A stretch of 64,000 nt of DNA, taken from contig OZ024742.1 of the NCBI GenBank assembly GCA_964016885.1, positions 179,676,001 through 179,740,000 of the forward strand, in the 5' to 3' direction. The position numbers and the translations under genes were made by a program. The DNA is from Eledone cirrhosa (lineage: Eukaryota). Below, piece after piece: positions 25,246 through 39,596 of the stretch (its first letter is position 1; each line of letters begins with the position of its first letter). Under the pieces are notes generated by a model. That model was not told the DNA's origin, made no database searches, and was given only the letters and a program-made list of their open reading frames with translations.

Positions 25246-26459
25246 GTATCTGTATATATATTTACGTATAGATGTGTGTGTATGTAACTAAAGCGTAACA
25301 TACGTTACGAATGGATGACTTGTTTTTTAACATTCAAATTATCTTAACTCAGACTGTAAAAGGCTGCAACTCATGGTGCCTGATACTCTTACCGGATACA
25401 TAGCCTCTTCCAAAATAAAAGGGATAGAGATTTCGAACGACGTGAGTAAGAGAATGCAGTGCTAGGTTGTTATAGTCACTAACCAGCAGCCAAGGCATTA
25501 GTTGGCTGAGGTCCACAGTTGCTATCAAAGTCTGTGACCAGCTGAGAGGTATCTAGCTAGTAGCGCAGCCTTTTATACAAAAAGAGAATATTATGCAGTG
25601 ATTGATAAATTTCGCTGGTTTTGCGCTGAAATTAATGAATTTTAATAGGCCAATGCGTAAAATCTGAAAATAGGTGTAGTTTTGTACAATAAAACAAGCT
25701 AATGTACGACTTCGCTACACATGTATGTACGTATGTTTACTAGTGAACAGATCACCGTGAAACATTTTCAGTAAACTAGACTTTAATTTTAAACGTAATG
25801 CTGTAATAATGCTGTTTTATATTTTTCAAGAATGTTTTGTTAAAGTTGTTTCTTAGCCTTGTTTTCATCATCATTGTAACACCCTACTCTCTCCCTGCCA
25901 AATCACATCAAAAATATTTTGTTAAAGTTGTTTCTTAGCCTTGTTTTCATCATCATTGTAACACACTACTCTCTCTCTGACAAATCACATCAAATGTCAT
26001 CACACGATGTCACACCTGTCATTCTTTTATATGTCCATTATTTGCCACCGATCTTACCCCTGCTCTCATTCCCTAAACACGATTGCTCTATGATATGGAA
26101 TTTCCCCCGCCCACAGAGGGGGTTGATGTCACAATTAGATGCACCCAGGTCACCGTGAAATGTAATATGGCTTTTGACACGATAGAATACACCCAGTACA
26201 TTCTGTAAAGTGGTTACGTTGGTGTCGTGATACAATGTTCCCAGTACACCATGTAAATCAGTGGCTATCCTCAAAATATTATTATTTTCATATTCATAAA
26301 CTTGGATAAGATGACTGCTTACCTTTTTCTTCTGTTGAAGATGTTACTTCAGTGTTATTATCCGAGACTCGGATAGAATAACACTTAATATGGATTCTAG
26401 GTCTTGGCCACTCTCCTTGCGTGGGAAATATAGCCTATCTACATCACCATTGATATTAA

Positions 26460-26905
26460 ATTTCTAGTAACTCTAAACCTGAGCAGCTTGCGAATCCTTA
26501 TATCCACCTCACTCAGTTCTTGAAATCTTCACCTACTTATCCTGACAGGCATAGCCCCACCAAAGATACGACGAAGTGCAGCAAGCGAGAAAGAACGTCA
26601 ACAACAGACTACAGCTCAAAAAGATTCTTTCTTCGGCCATTAGCCAGCCAAAAGCTGCCTTATCTCCAGGAAAAGTTTCCTAAAAAGCGTCACGCCCTTT
26701 GAAACATCAAGCATAAGTAGTGAAAGATTCATTCACTGGGAAGAAAAACTTAACAACCTCCCATCTGTAACAACAATGGAGCTAAGGGCGAGCGAGGCAC
26801 TTCCCCTTGGAGCAAACACAAACTATGCAGTGTGGAAATGCCTAAACTGACTAAGATCTGATGTTGGACGTACTAAAGTCAATCTTGCAAAATGGGGATA
26901 TTTAA
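26460..26905 (+). pseudogene. LINE (RTE-like) ORF C-terminal fragment
   Basis: WKCLN*LRSDVGRTKVNLAKWGY at about 26833-26901. Confidence 0.55.
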
Positions 26906-27150
26906 AGCGAAACCCATCAATGGGCAGAGGAACTCAGGAGAGTCAACGGCCATCCAATAATTTTTTTTTTATGTGGGGGTGGGGGTGGGGGTGGGGTGCA
27001 GTAGGGTGAGAGCCCTCTAGTTTTCATTAACACATCTCTCTAGGAGAAGGTCACTCTGATGTAAATCCTGCGACTTCGTTTGCTTCCAATGATGTAGAAC
27101 ATTTTTAATTTTGGGGTAAATGCATTCGATGTCCTGAGAGTGGGATTAGC
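26905..27150 (+). mobile_element. RTE-type 5' UTR remnant
   Basis: agagtcaacggccatcc and ctaggagaagg..actctga are shared with 61510-61600(-). Confidence 0.45.
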
Positions 27151-27309
27151 TCCGTGAAAAGCCTTTTCTCACTTAAGACATCTTCAGTATCAAACGATAA
27201 CATTTCTCTATGTATGTATTTAATGAACGATAGTATTACTCTGTATGTATTTAATGAACGATAGCTTTACTCTATGTATATATTTAATGAATGATAGCAT
27301 TACTCTGTA

Positions 27310-27800
27310 CCTAAACTATAATAAAGCGAGGGCTGCGGGACTGCGTACGGTTTATTTCTTTTAATCCAGTTAGTAAAATAAGTTGGATTACTTTGAATAA
27401 ATAATGAATGAATATTACATAATTTATGTGATAAATTTTGTAAACAAATAATTTCGTTAAAATAAATAATCTAAAATTGATTTCTTTTCAAAGTTGCACT
27501 TCCGGTATATCGTCGCCACCACCACCACTTCAACTACCATATATATATAGAAAGAGAGAGTGTGTGATGAGAGAGATAGAAAGATTATGATTTTCTACAC
27601 ACTGACGCGTATGAGTGTGTACATACATACATCTATATGTATGAGTATATAACTATAATGGCGCAAACACAAACTTATAAAAATACACAACCACGGACAT
27701 AATTCACACAAATACACACACATTCACACATACTTTCACACAAACACATACATTCGGGACGGGTTAGGCGCTGTGACACATGTGCGTTCAATAACACATA
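27310..27800 (+). mobile_element. Non-autonomous Helitron-like family H, 5' part
   Basis: Starts ctaaactataataa. Homologous in reverse to 28780-28990, 50200-50350 and 50895-51130. Confidence 0.55.
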
Positions 27801-28352
27801 TCTCTCAGTCTTCTTAAGTATCTTGAAGTGAAATGTACCAATTTCCGGATACCCGCAGAACAGCACAGGAATAGTGACTTTCACTTAATAATTGTTGCGA
27901 AACAAATTTAGAATTTGTCTGGGTATCACGGCCATTGCCAATATAGGTTTGTTATTTTAATTGATTTATTATTTTAAATCGAGACAAGCAAACCATATTA
28001 TTTTAAATTAGTATTTTTCAACCTAGCTAACTTGGTTATTTGCAATTCGAACACATGTATACTTGTATCAGTGATCACCCCTCTCATATATTCATTTGTA
28101 TTACACGGCTCGGAAATATTCCCTTCTTTGAGCTATTTAATTGTAAAAGACTATTTCGAGTTTATAACTCAATATATAATAGATTCACACATATACATTT
28201 ACACAAACACACACATACAGTCATAATAGCATTCAATTTAATTGGAAATGGTAGGGTAAAGCAAGTATAACGTTTTATTCATTTATTAACTCTTTATTTA
28301 TTAACTCTTTATTTATTTATTAACTCTTTTTTAAAAAACTCATTTAATATAA

Positions 28353-28990
28353 CTAGCAGAAAAACCACGCTTCGGGTGGTTTTCTGCTAGATTGTGTAGT
28401 GTGTATTATTATACGCAAGTATATATGCATGTAGATATGATACATCAAATAACACCGTAATTGACAATATACACAGAAATTGAACGAAGACTGTGTTACA
28501 CTGTCTTCTGTAATCAGTAACGTAATCCATGATACATTAAAAAAGACGATATTATATATCTACTAGCATGTGTAGTGTATATATTGATATTATACGCAAG
28601 TATATATGCATGTAGATATGATCAAATAAAATCGTAATTGACAATATACACAGAAATTGAACGAAGACTGCTACACTGTCTTATGTAATCAGTAACGTAA
28701 TCCATGATACATTAAAAAAAGACGATATTATATATAAACTGCATTAGTGACAGAAATATATGAATATTTATTAACGATCGCTAACCGGAAGTGTTGACAT
28801 TTGAACATTTTAAACAAGTGAATCTTTAAATAAGTAATAAAATATATTTAATGAACATCCACGAAATTTAGTAGATAAATTATGTAACATTCATTCATTA
28901 TTTATTCAAAGTAATCCAACTTGTTTTACTAAGGGGATAAAAAATTATAAACCATACGCAGTCCCGCGCTTCTTACTTATTATAGTTTAG
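28353..28990 (-). mobile_element. Non-autonomous Helitron-like family H
   Basis: Minus-strand 5' TCTAAACTATAATAAG; 3' hairpin followed by CTAG|T at 28353. Internal tandem duplication of about 175 bp (28393-28737). Confidence 0.6.
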
Positions 28991-29089
28991 ATTAAGCACT
29001 GTTGTACGCCCATTGATAAGATATATATAAATGTAATAGCATATAAATTATGTCTGATGCAGACACACATATATATATATTTATATATA

Positions 29090-29422
29090 GTGCGCATGTG
29101 CGGAGGCTGTTCCGTACTGCGCATGCGCGAAGGATGGTCCGTACTGCGCATGCGCGAATGCTGGTCTGTACTATACGTGCGCGATGGCTGATCCGTACTG
29201 CGCATGCGCGAAGGATGGTCGTACTGCGCATGCACGAATGCTGGTGTGTACTGCGCGTGCGCGATGGCTGATCCGTACTGCGCATGCGCAATTGCTGGTC
29301 CGTTCTGCGCATGCGCGAAGGCTTTTTCGCACTGCGCATGCGCGAAGGCTGGTCTGTACTGCACATGCCCGAAGACCGGTCCGTACTGCGCATGTGCAAA
29401 GGCCGGTCCGTACTGCGCATGA
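29090..29422. repeat. CpG-rich minisatellite, about 30-bp unit ccgtactgcgcatgcgcgaaggctggt, about 11 copies
   Basis: Direct reading. Confidence 0.9.
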
Positions 29423-29509
29423 GCGAATATATATATAATAATAAAATAACAGGAGGCTGGACTTGTGTAAATCCTTGAAAGGTTTATATATATATATATA
29501 TATATATAA

Positions 29510-30195
29510 TAGAATAATCGAGTATCGGAAAATCAGCTCACGAGTTTACGATAAACAAATCCGACATGAGTGGCAGAGGGCTCAATAATTCAGATAAATC
29601 AGAGCTATAACTATCGTTAAAATACCAACACACAAAGATTATGCCTAAAATCACCCATGCAGCCGAAAAATAACGACCAGGAATATTCGGGTCACTCAGA
29701 TAAAATATCTATAAATCAATAATTCATATGAATATAAAAACTTACCCGGACCCACTAGAAAGATGGTAAATCTAGCTTCTTGGGTTTCTGCAATTCCTTA
29801 ATCCGCCCCCTATCAGCCCACATAAAAATATATAAGACTTCTAGAGAGCGGATGGACCGGAACACTTTATCAACGGGTCATGTCCAAACGAATAAAGAAG
29901 CTAACTTTAGCTGGGACGCACATGGAGTCCAGCAAGGGAGATAACCTCTATATCCGCGAAAAATTATCGGTAATGTGGGAAACCACATATCGAATAAGAG
30001 TGCTCGATAGACATGTTAAAATAAACAGGAACTATTCATCATTCAATAGAATCGACAAAATATGAACAATAAAATTAAGCTACCACACACAAGTCGTCTT
30101 CCGAGGTTAATGAAGCTGTTATTAATCCTCCCCGGATGAAGTAACTTGCAAATTCTTCGTAATTCTTGAAATGCAATAATACATCTAGTGGACAC
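29510..30195. repeat. Unclassified dispersed repeat (diverged second copy at about 43620-44130)
   Basis: Shared ttacccggaccc, tgggtttctgc, attcgggtca and cagagcta blocks. Both copies start at (TA)n. Confidence 0.55.
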
Positions 30196-30214
30196 ACTCT
30201 CTAGAATAAATATA

Positions 30215-30245
<31 letters not shown>

Positions 30246-30446
30246 TAGATAGGTCGATAGATCGATACGTAGATATATAGGTAGGTAGAGAGAAAGATAG
30301 ACGATAGTGTGGTTATCTGTATATGTGGCTGTGTGTATGTATGTGAAGATGTGGAAATAAGGAAAGGATAATTTACTACAGTACCAATGATTCAATCCAC
30401 AGGTGTATATTCTTTTTATCATTGCATAAGTACATAGACTCACTCC

Positions 30447-30487
<41 letters not shown>

Positions 30488-30488
<1 letters not shown>

Positions 30489-30705
30489 GAAGGCGTGTGG
30501 CTGAGTGGTTAGAGTATTGGATTCACAATCGTGAGGTTGTGAGTTCGATTCCTGAACCAGGCGATGCGTTATGTCCTTGAGCAAGACACTTTATTTCACG
30601 TTGCTCCTTCTACCTGGAGTTGCGACCGATAGATAGTATTAGCAATTGGAAAGACCAACGGAAACATAGTTTCCTCGGTCCGATTTGACGAAAGTCGATC
30701 GACTA
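30488..30705 (+). mobile_element. tRNA-derived SINE (family 2)
   Basis: A box tggctgagtggttag, B box gagttcgattcc, core gtccttgagcaagacactttatttcac. Confidence 0.85.
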
Positions 30706-30706
30706 G

Positions 30707-30738
<32 letters not shown>

Positions 30739-31415
30739 CGGTGTGTTTATATGTGTGTATCTGTGTGTGTGTATAAGTGTTTATGTGTATATATATGTAT
30801 ATGTGTGTGTGTATCTGTTTTCTTATGTCTGTGTGTGCATATGTGTGTTACTGTATCTGTGTATGTGTGCATATGTGTGTGCGTTTATTTCCGTGTGTGT
30901 CTCGTGATTGTAATGTTGAGAGTTTGAATCCAATCAGTGTATTGTGTTCTTGAACAAGACACTTTATTTCGCCTTTCTTCTCTCCACTGAAGCAAAAAAA
31001 GTGTACTCTGCCAGTAAGTCGAAGAACCAATGTAGTCCCACCTTGAAACCCTCCGTTATACGTGTCTATGGAATGCTCAGACACTCTCACCTTAATTTCA
31101 GGCAGTTCTATTTGAGAAACCTAGCTGGAAGAATACTCGTCGCAAGCGATAGGGTACCATCATACATATGAACCCATAGACACACACGCACATTTCAAAG
31201 AGAATAGAAGAGATCAATAAAATAAGTACTAGATTTTAAAATATATGTACTGGAATTGAGGTCAAGAAAATCCTTTAATCGTGGTACCTCAGTATGGGCA
31301 CAGTCTAACGTTTGAAACAAGTGCAGGCCGGAGAATTGTTCTTCCTCCTTCAATCTGTGGTTCCCCTTGCTTCTACAGTGAGTGCTTTCAGAATTCGATG
31401 ACTTTGGTTTGACAC

Positions 31416-33025
31416 ATGGGAAAGCCATCTTATTTCATCACGGTAACAACTAACCCTAACTGGGATGAAATAAAAAATAGTTTGCAACCTGATGAAGAAC
31501 CTAGAGACCGTCCTGATATTTGTGAAAGAGTCTTCAAGATCAAGTATGACAGCCTCATGGATGACATAGTGAAAAAAAATCTCCTAGGAAAGCTTGTGGC
31601 TCATTCTGCTACAGTAGAATGGCAGAAAACGAGGCCTTACTCATGCTCATATTCTGCTGATAATGGCTGAAGTTAGCGAGCCAAAAACTGCTGATGCCAT
31701 TGATCAGGTAGTGTACTGTGAGATTTCTGATAAAGAGACCAATCCAATTCTGCATAAGATCATCACATCCTACATCATTCATGGCCCATGTGGACAAGCT
31801 AATATGATGTGCCCATGTATTGAAGGGCTAGGACAACAACGCCATTGCTCAAAATGTTATCCCATGTCATTCAGCCAAACCACATATGTTGCCGAAAATT
31901 CCTTTCCGGAGTATAGAAGAAGGGATAGACAGCATGGTGGTCACACCCATACAATCCAACTTAAAGGTCAATAATTTACTGTTGATAATAATTGGATTGT
32001 TCCATACAACCCTTTCCTCTCATTGTGATATCAGTGCCACATCAATGGTGAGGCTGTCCACAGTGTCAAGGCTGTTAAGTACTTATATAAGTACATCACA
32101 AAAGGATCAGACAAGATCACTTTCACTATTAATGAAATTGTATCCATTCCCAAAATGAGATTGAGACCTATATCAATGCACGGTACATCTCAGCCAGTGA
32201 AGCATTCTGGAGAATCTATACATTTCCATTACATCATCAAAAACCGCCAGTTGAAAGGTGGCCTTGCCATTTACCTGTGGAACAAATGGTCATGTATGAG
32301 CGAGGGCAGGAAGAAAGTATTGTTTCTAGGGGACAGTCAATGACTAAGTTGACGGAATATTTTCAACTGAATATTAGAGACCCACTGGCACAAACCATAT
32401 TGTCTATTGATATTCCTAAATATTTCACTTGGACAAACAAAAAGTGGCAAAGAAGAAAAAAGGGACATCTGGATGGTGATCAACAATTTATGAGTCAATC
32501 TCTTGGACGCATTCCAACAGTATCTCTCAGTAGACATCAATCTGAATTATATTACCTCAGAATGATCCTACATCTCAAGGCTGGGTCAACTTCATACAAA
32601 GATTTGAGGACAATTGAAGGAGTTGAATTTCCAACATTCCAAGAAGCATGCAGGAAACTTGGTCTGTTATATGAAGATGGAGAAAAAGACAAAGCTATGG
32701 AAGAGGCCTCATCCATTACGCTTGGTCCTCAGCTGCGAGAGAGCTTCTGCACCATTTTATTGTACAGCGTGCCAAATGACCCTCTGCAGTTCTGGGAGGA
32801 ATGGAATTATTGTCTTGCAGAGGATATCATGCATGAACGTCATGAGCAAGTCATGTCCATGCAAACCGTGCAGATTGTTCTACAGAAGATCCAACCAAGA
32901 CTTCAACATGATGGCTTGGACATTCATGCCAACTATGGACTTAATCAGCCAGACCCAACTATTGTTGCCATACCAGAAATCAACAGGGTTCTTATGACAG
33001 AAACTGATTTCAATACACACCAACA
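31416..33025 (+). pseudogene. Helitron RepHel fragment (HUH Rep domain and linker)
   Basis: FITVTTNPNWDEI, DRPDI..RVF, VEWQK.. followed by HAHIL after a frameshift, HGPCG, YRRR, IVPYNP, KYLYKYITKG, LYYLRMIL...SYKDLRTIEG. Confidence 0.9.
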
Positions 33026-33352
33026 ATAACTCTAACATCACCATCACCATCATCACCAACAACAACAATAACACTACCATAACACCTCCACCACACTACC
33101 ACCACCAACATCAACAATAATTCTAACACCACCACCACCAACAACAAAACTACCATTAACACCACCACCACCACCACCATCAACAATAACTCTAAAAACA
33201 CCACCACCAACAACAACACTACCACTAACACCACCACCACCATCAACAATAACTCTAACAACACCACCACTACCAACAACAACAACAACACTACCACTAA
33301 CACCACCACCACCACCAACAACAACAACACTACCACTAACACCACCACCACC

Positions 33353-33384
<32 letters not shown>

Positions 33385-33460
33385 CACTACCACTAACACC
33401 AACAACAACAACAACACTACCACTAACACCACCACCACCACCACCAACATCAACAACAGA
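33020..33460. repeat. Compound (CAA/CAC)n triplet repeat with higher-order units
   Basis: Direct reading. It truncates the Helitron fragment. Confidence 0.9.
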
Positions 33461-33624
33461 TGGAAGATCACATGTTTCCCCGCTCATTTATAAAAATTAA
33501 ACATTCGGATGTGGGTAGGATAGGGGACAATCAACTAAGAGTGTAAGAGTTTCCATCCTATGCCAATTAAGTAATTAACTCTTAATAAACCCAGTCCATC
33601 TAGCTATAAATAAGGGTTTCTCAT

Positions 33625-34210
33625 TTAGGCACAAGGCGAGCAATTGGGGGAGGGGAAAGTCAATTAAATCGACCCAGTGCGTAACTGGTACTTCATTTCA
33701 TCGACCCCATAGGGATGAAAGGCAAAGCTAACCTCAACGGGATTTAAACTCAGAACGTAAAGTGCCATAACTCTATGCTGCGAAGCAGAGTGTCCGACTC
33801 TCTACCGATCCTGCCAATCCACCGCCATCTAGCTATAAATAAGAGTCACAAAGCAGATACTGTTCACAATGGAATCGGGGAAAGCCTCTAGAGTAATCTC
33901 CCCTAGAATACGTCCATGAAGTCAAAATGAATTAACTATAAGGACAGCAAAAGTTACTTCCCTTTCCACAAGTTCTCTTTCCTGACAGTGATAAAGGTAT
34001 TAAGCATGGGTAGAATTCGATGGAAAAGATTTTCTACAAAATAATTTTGGACGGTCATGATTCGAATAACGACAACAACAGCAGCAGCAGCAGCAGCAAC
34101 AACAACAACAACAGCATTTACAACAACGCCAACACTACGAACAACAGCAACAGCAACACCACTACCACCACCAACAGCCACAACAACAACCAACATCAAC
34201 ACACAGCAGA

Positions 34211-34244
<34 letters not shown>

Positions 34245-35352
34245 ATTGTTTTTACGTTAGGCACAAGGCCAGCAATTATACAGTGTATTACTGGTACTTT
34301 ATTTTATCGACCCCGTAAGGATGAAAGGCAAAGTTAACCTCGGCGGGATTTGAACTCAGAATGGCAAGGTAGACCTCATATGCAACACTGCAACAAGTTT
34401 GACCTCCTAATCAACAAAGCAATACAAAAACACAAATTTGACAGGAGGGCTTATAATGAACTTGGTGCGTGGTTTATGAAAACATTGTGGATTGGCAGTA
34501 TCGGTAGAGGGTTGGACGCCATGCTTTGCAGCAAAGAGTTACAGCCCTTTATGGTCTGAGTTATCCCGCCGAGGTTAACTTTGCGTTTCATCCTTACGGG
34601 GGTCGATAAAATAAAGTACCAGTAATACACTGGAATAATTGCAGGCCTTGTGCCAAAAGTAAAACAATTATTACGAAAATTGCACCATAAACAGAAGAGG
34701 CTGTAACTTAGCAAACATATGTGTATGAAAACGGTAATTCTTCTTCTGAGGAGTAACCGAATGAATAAATATCTCCAACAAATCTATGTTACAACAAGAT
34801 AACTGTTTCTATTTTTGGCACAAAGCCAGCAAATTACTCAGTACATTACTGGTACTTTATTTTATCGACCCCGTAAGGATGAAAGGCAAAGTTAATCTCG
34901 GCGGGATTTGAACTCAAATCATAAAGAGACGTAACTCTATGCTTCAAACGAATGGTGTCCGACTCTCTACCGATACTGCCAATCCACCGCCGTTACAACA
35001 AGATAACATTGTAAAGTTAGACAAAATAATTGTTTCTACTTTAGGCACAGTGCATTACTGGTACTTTATTTTATCGACCCCGTAAGGATGAAAGGCAAAG
35101 TCAACCTCGGCGGGATAGACAAAATAATGATTCCTGATTTAAACACAATGCCAACAATTTTGGGGGAAGGGAAAGTCGATTAAATCGACCCCAGTGTATT
35201 ACTGGTGTATTACTGGTGCTTTATTTATCGACTCCGTAAGGATGATAGGTAAAGATAACCTCGGCGAGATTTGAACTCAGAACGTAAGGGACTGTCACTC
35301 TATGCCGCGAAGCATGGTATCCAGCGCTCTGCCGATACTTCCAATCCATTGC
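33625..35352. mobile_element. Cluster of about 6 SINE family 1 copies in both orientations, with a compound triplet repeat at 34070-34245
   Basis: Copies at about 33625-33827(-), 34246-34368(-), 34488-34672(+), 34803-34992(-), 35028-35118(-), 35125-35352(-). Confidence 0.85.
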
Positions 35353-37695
35353 CTTAAAGTTAGACAAAATAATAATATTTAAGTGAAATTAAAAAAAGGG
35401 AAAAAAGAAAAAGAAAACAGTACCGAAGGAAACGGAGATAGGGAGGGGGCAGACTCTACACCCCAGTCTGATTGGTGATTCAACCGTGTCCCATAGACGA
35501 AGGATTTATAAAGTCGTATCGCTATGATTAGGACCCCACGAGGCAGTTTTGGATAGCTGTTCCTGGGGACCTAACAAATTATTACTTTGTTATTTAAGAT
35601 TATACTACGAGCCACTAACCTTCCCCCTCTCTCAAGATGCTAATAAATAACTTATGATTTCTTTTTGAAATGTAAACAACTAACTTATTTTTCGTATATA
35701 AGATGAATTCTTTTACGTAAAGTTTTGATGTCAAGATTTACCTGTTCTATATTACATTAATTTGCCGCCTATTTTTTAAAATAAGGGTGCGTCCTATAAC
35801 ACAATAAATATATGTGCGAGACACACACATATATATATAGGGTGTGTAACGTGCAGTTACTGTAGGTTCACTCGAGTGAGCACTCGATGCGTAGGTTCCC
35901 GTCTGTAACGAGGTGTAGAACTAAACAGAGTGTAAATATAATGGTAAAAGGACGAATTGTTAAACCTTCATTGCGTTTATTGAGTAGTGACGCACGTTTC
36001 GATATTGTTCAGCTCAAGGTTCGATCTATATCGATCTGGTCCGATTCTGAATCAAATTTGTATAATGGCAATTGTTTTATTAACCAAAAATCGGGGGTCA
36101 GATCAAAGTAACTAGGGTCCTTGGACCTGTACCAGCAAGGTACAGGTTAAGATTGCATGGGTCTCTTGGTTGAAAATGTATTTGTGGGCTTTGCATATTA
36201 TTTAGTGACAAAAGCGAATACGGGACCCTTTAAATATTGGGTGTACTCAGCAAGTCCATCCTTAATCCGATGACGAACTTTGTGTTTTTCTCTGAATTGA
36301 AAAAGCAATCTATTAAATAGATAAATTCAAACATATACCATGAATTCACGTCATGCAGTTTTGAAGGTAAAATCAAAACATTTGATGAGTAACATTTGAA
36401 CATAGAGGACAATCAATGCGTTTCGTAAAACAATTTTATTGTTTTATTTTACAGCATTTTCGATGAAAAACATCATTTTCAATGTTATTTGGATTACTTT
36501 AAATTTAGAAGGTAATTTGACACTTCAATGGTACAAACAACTATGAGCAAACATCTTCCCTAAGTTCAATGTGACTTCACCCTACAGACAGTAGTATAAA
36601 GGTTTTAAGAAAATATTCGATAAAAACTTTTGTCGAAATTAAAAAAATAAATTTTCACGAATTTTTTCGTGCTATTTTGGAAATTATAATTCAGGAAATG
36701 TTTTGATTATTTTTTTAGGACATTTTAGGAAAAAGATTTTTAACTTTTATGAAAATGTTTGATATTTTTATGAAAATTTGTGATGAATTTTTAATGATTT
36801 TTTTTTTTTATTTTGAAATTATTTTAGGGAACTTTTTGGGAGAATCTTTGAGGGAAATTTTTTAATGGAATTTTGAGTAAATATTTGGGAAGATTTTTTG
36901 AAAATGTTTTATGAAATATTTTATGAAACATTTTGATGAACGTTTGGGGAAGATGTTTAATGGAATTTTTAATGAAGTAAAAAAAACAACATTTTAACGA
37001 AATTTGCATGACGGTTTTGAGGAAATATCTGATGAAATATTTGGAAAATTCATGAAGAAGTTTTTGATATTATTTTCAGGAAATTTCTGATTAAAATTTT
37101 AATGACATTATTTAAGGACTTTTTCATGCAACGTTTTGGAGTGTTTCGAAAATTCCTTTCGAATCATGTGGTGACTGGTGACTGAAAGGGACATCAATTC
37201 TTTTGAGAACTGAGCTTGTTTATTTCTAGCTAAAGTAATAATAATAATGAAATTATTGTGTTCAGTGCTCAGGTGCACAACAAGTAGGGTCGGGATGTCC
37301 AAGATCTTGGGAAAGACCTATAGAACAAATGGATTAGGGGTTAGGTCCCTTGGATAACTTGTCAATTGATAAAGTTCAGCACGATGAAAGGCTGCTGCTT
37401 GTACATACCCATTAACAGACGACAATTTATTTTGATACGTAATTGTTAATTGAAATAATAAGCATAAAGAAAAAAACTTCACAACATGATTCACAGATTT
37501 TCCTATGCCAGCGCACCAGGACATGGTTTGATTGAAAGACACTTGCTATCATGCTGAGAAAGATGTCATGTCTCCGTTGAAGATCCTCAGGTCATAGTGT
37601 ATGTAATCCACACTGGTATTAGTAGCACATTGAGACATCCGTATATTTTTATGCCAAATATTAAAAAAAAGAAATTATAAAATCTATTACAATAT

Positions 37696-37882
37696 AATTG
37701 TTTCTACTTTTGGCACAAGGCCAGCAATTACCCAGTGCATTACTGGTACTTTATTTTTATCGACCCCGTAAGGATGAAAGGCAAAGTTAACCTTGGCGGG
37801 ATTTGAACTCAGAATGGCAAGGGCCGTAACTCTTTGCGTCAAAGCATGGCGTCCGACCCTCTACCGATACTGCCAATCCACC
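37696..37882 (-). mobile_element. SINE family 1
   Basis: Full match to the family motifs. Confidence 0.9.
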
Positions 37883-38772
37883 AACTTTAGCTCTATAGCC
37901 TATTGTTCTTCCCATATTTTTACATCACTGATAATGATAATCAAATTTCCTAACCTTTCTTCCCAGGCCTCTCAACGTCTCCGTATAATATAATATTGTT
38001 CACCATCTTCATAACGCAAAGCTATCTCCTACGAGATGGTATAGATCCCGTTAAGAAACTCCACTCAATAACTATTGGAGGACTTGCATGTTCATATAAT
38101 CCAACCAGACAACATATCATTTCTGGTCATCTTGACACTCACAATTTGTCCATACTGAGTTGCAAAGGTTCGGACGAGTCACGATTAAACGCCTGAAACA
38201 ATTTTTCTGTTAAATATCCTTGTACTATGCTGCCCTATATATTTCTGTACCAACCTGTGTTCAGGTGTGTGCTGCATCAATTCATCCGGTCGCCTCACTT
38301 CATCGTCAGTTTTTGAAGACAAGGCACATGCTCCCATATGCCTAGCACCAGTTTACTACTCACAACACTCAACACATCATCTAATTTTCAGAATCTCACA
38401 GCTTCTCTGTTATATGCAGCAAAGACAAAGCTAACTTTTGTTACCATCTGCCTTATTCCAGCTTCGACTACCACCAGCGTCTCTTTACGTTCCAAATGTA
38501 ATTGTTTGCATTTCCCAATTCATTTTCCTGAATGTTAATATCAATGTTTGTGTTTGTAATTACATTTGTTCGTCTAATTGTCAGCATTTCTCTTAGGCCT
38601 TTATCGTTTTGTTTTTTTACAGTTTTACTTTTACAATTTTCAAAACGCTCTTACAATTACTCAAGACAAAGAAGTCATACTTTGGGCTCGCAAACGTGGG
38701 CATGTGCTTCTACTATAGTCTTATGAGTAAACTTTAGTCGACAGAAACTGTGTAGAAGTCCGTCACATACGT

Positions 38773-38855
<83 letters not shown>

Positions 38856-39596
38856 GTGTGTGTGTATACAATAAGAATAAAGGAACAAAGATTCAGGTTC
38901 GATCAATAATAGGTCGTTCCACGAGCTGATCGATAGTGAAACATATATAATATGTTATGATGCAACACTGAATCTGTCTTCCTTTATTCTTATAGTATTA
39001 TAATCTGTTCTGCGCGAGCATCGAGTGCTCACCCAGCATATCGCCTACGGACGCAATTTTTCTTGTACCCATACACCTATATATATATATATATAGAGAG
39101 AGAAATTTCGTATCTCCAAAGAAATACGGTTTTAGGAAGCCGTAGCTATGAAAACACCGGGAGGTTAAAGCCCTCTGGTGATGTCCAGCAGAAGCAAGGG
39201 GGACAACCGTCTATGCATTTCAGGCTTAACTGGCCTGCGACTGCTGGACAAGAAGACAGCTGAGAATATATAGTTTTCTCGTCTGTGTAAATGAGGTGAT
39301 TAATCTCATTTGCATATGAAGCTGCATAAGTTGGCTCAGCTTATAATAGAAAAGAAATAAGATTTCGCTTCAAGGATAGCTTTATACAATATGTATAAAT
39401 ATTCCGTATCTCAAAAGAAATACGGTTTTAGGAAGCCGTAGCTATGCAAACGCCGGGGGGGGGGGGGGGGGGGGCTAACGCCCTCTCCGTATTTCTTTGA
39501 AGATACGAAATTTTTATATATATTGTATAAAGCTATGCTTGAAGCGAAATCTTATTTCTTTTCTATTATAAGTTGAGCCAACTTATGCAGCTTCAT

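Noticed and set aside
28987-29478. Repetitive AHAQ/RMRS ORFs; also considered as a CRISPR-like array
   Set aside because: This is a 30-bp minisatellite with no unique spacers and no cas genes, in eukaryotic DNA.
33010-33487. Poly-Val/Leu/Gly ORFs resembling membrane or glycine-rich proteins
   Set aside because: They are translations of a CAA/CAC triplet repeat.
36600-37110. AT-rich tract with loose periodicity of about 12 bp
   Set aside because: Degenerate low-complexity sequence with no definable unit or ends.
37380-37600. Possible Gypsy integrase zinc-binding remnant (minus strand)
   Set aside because: Only a vague W.GI...V..C resemblance; too decayed to support.
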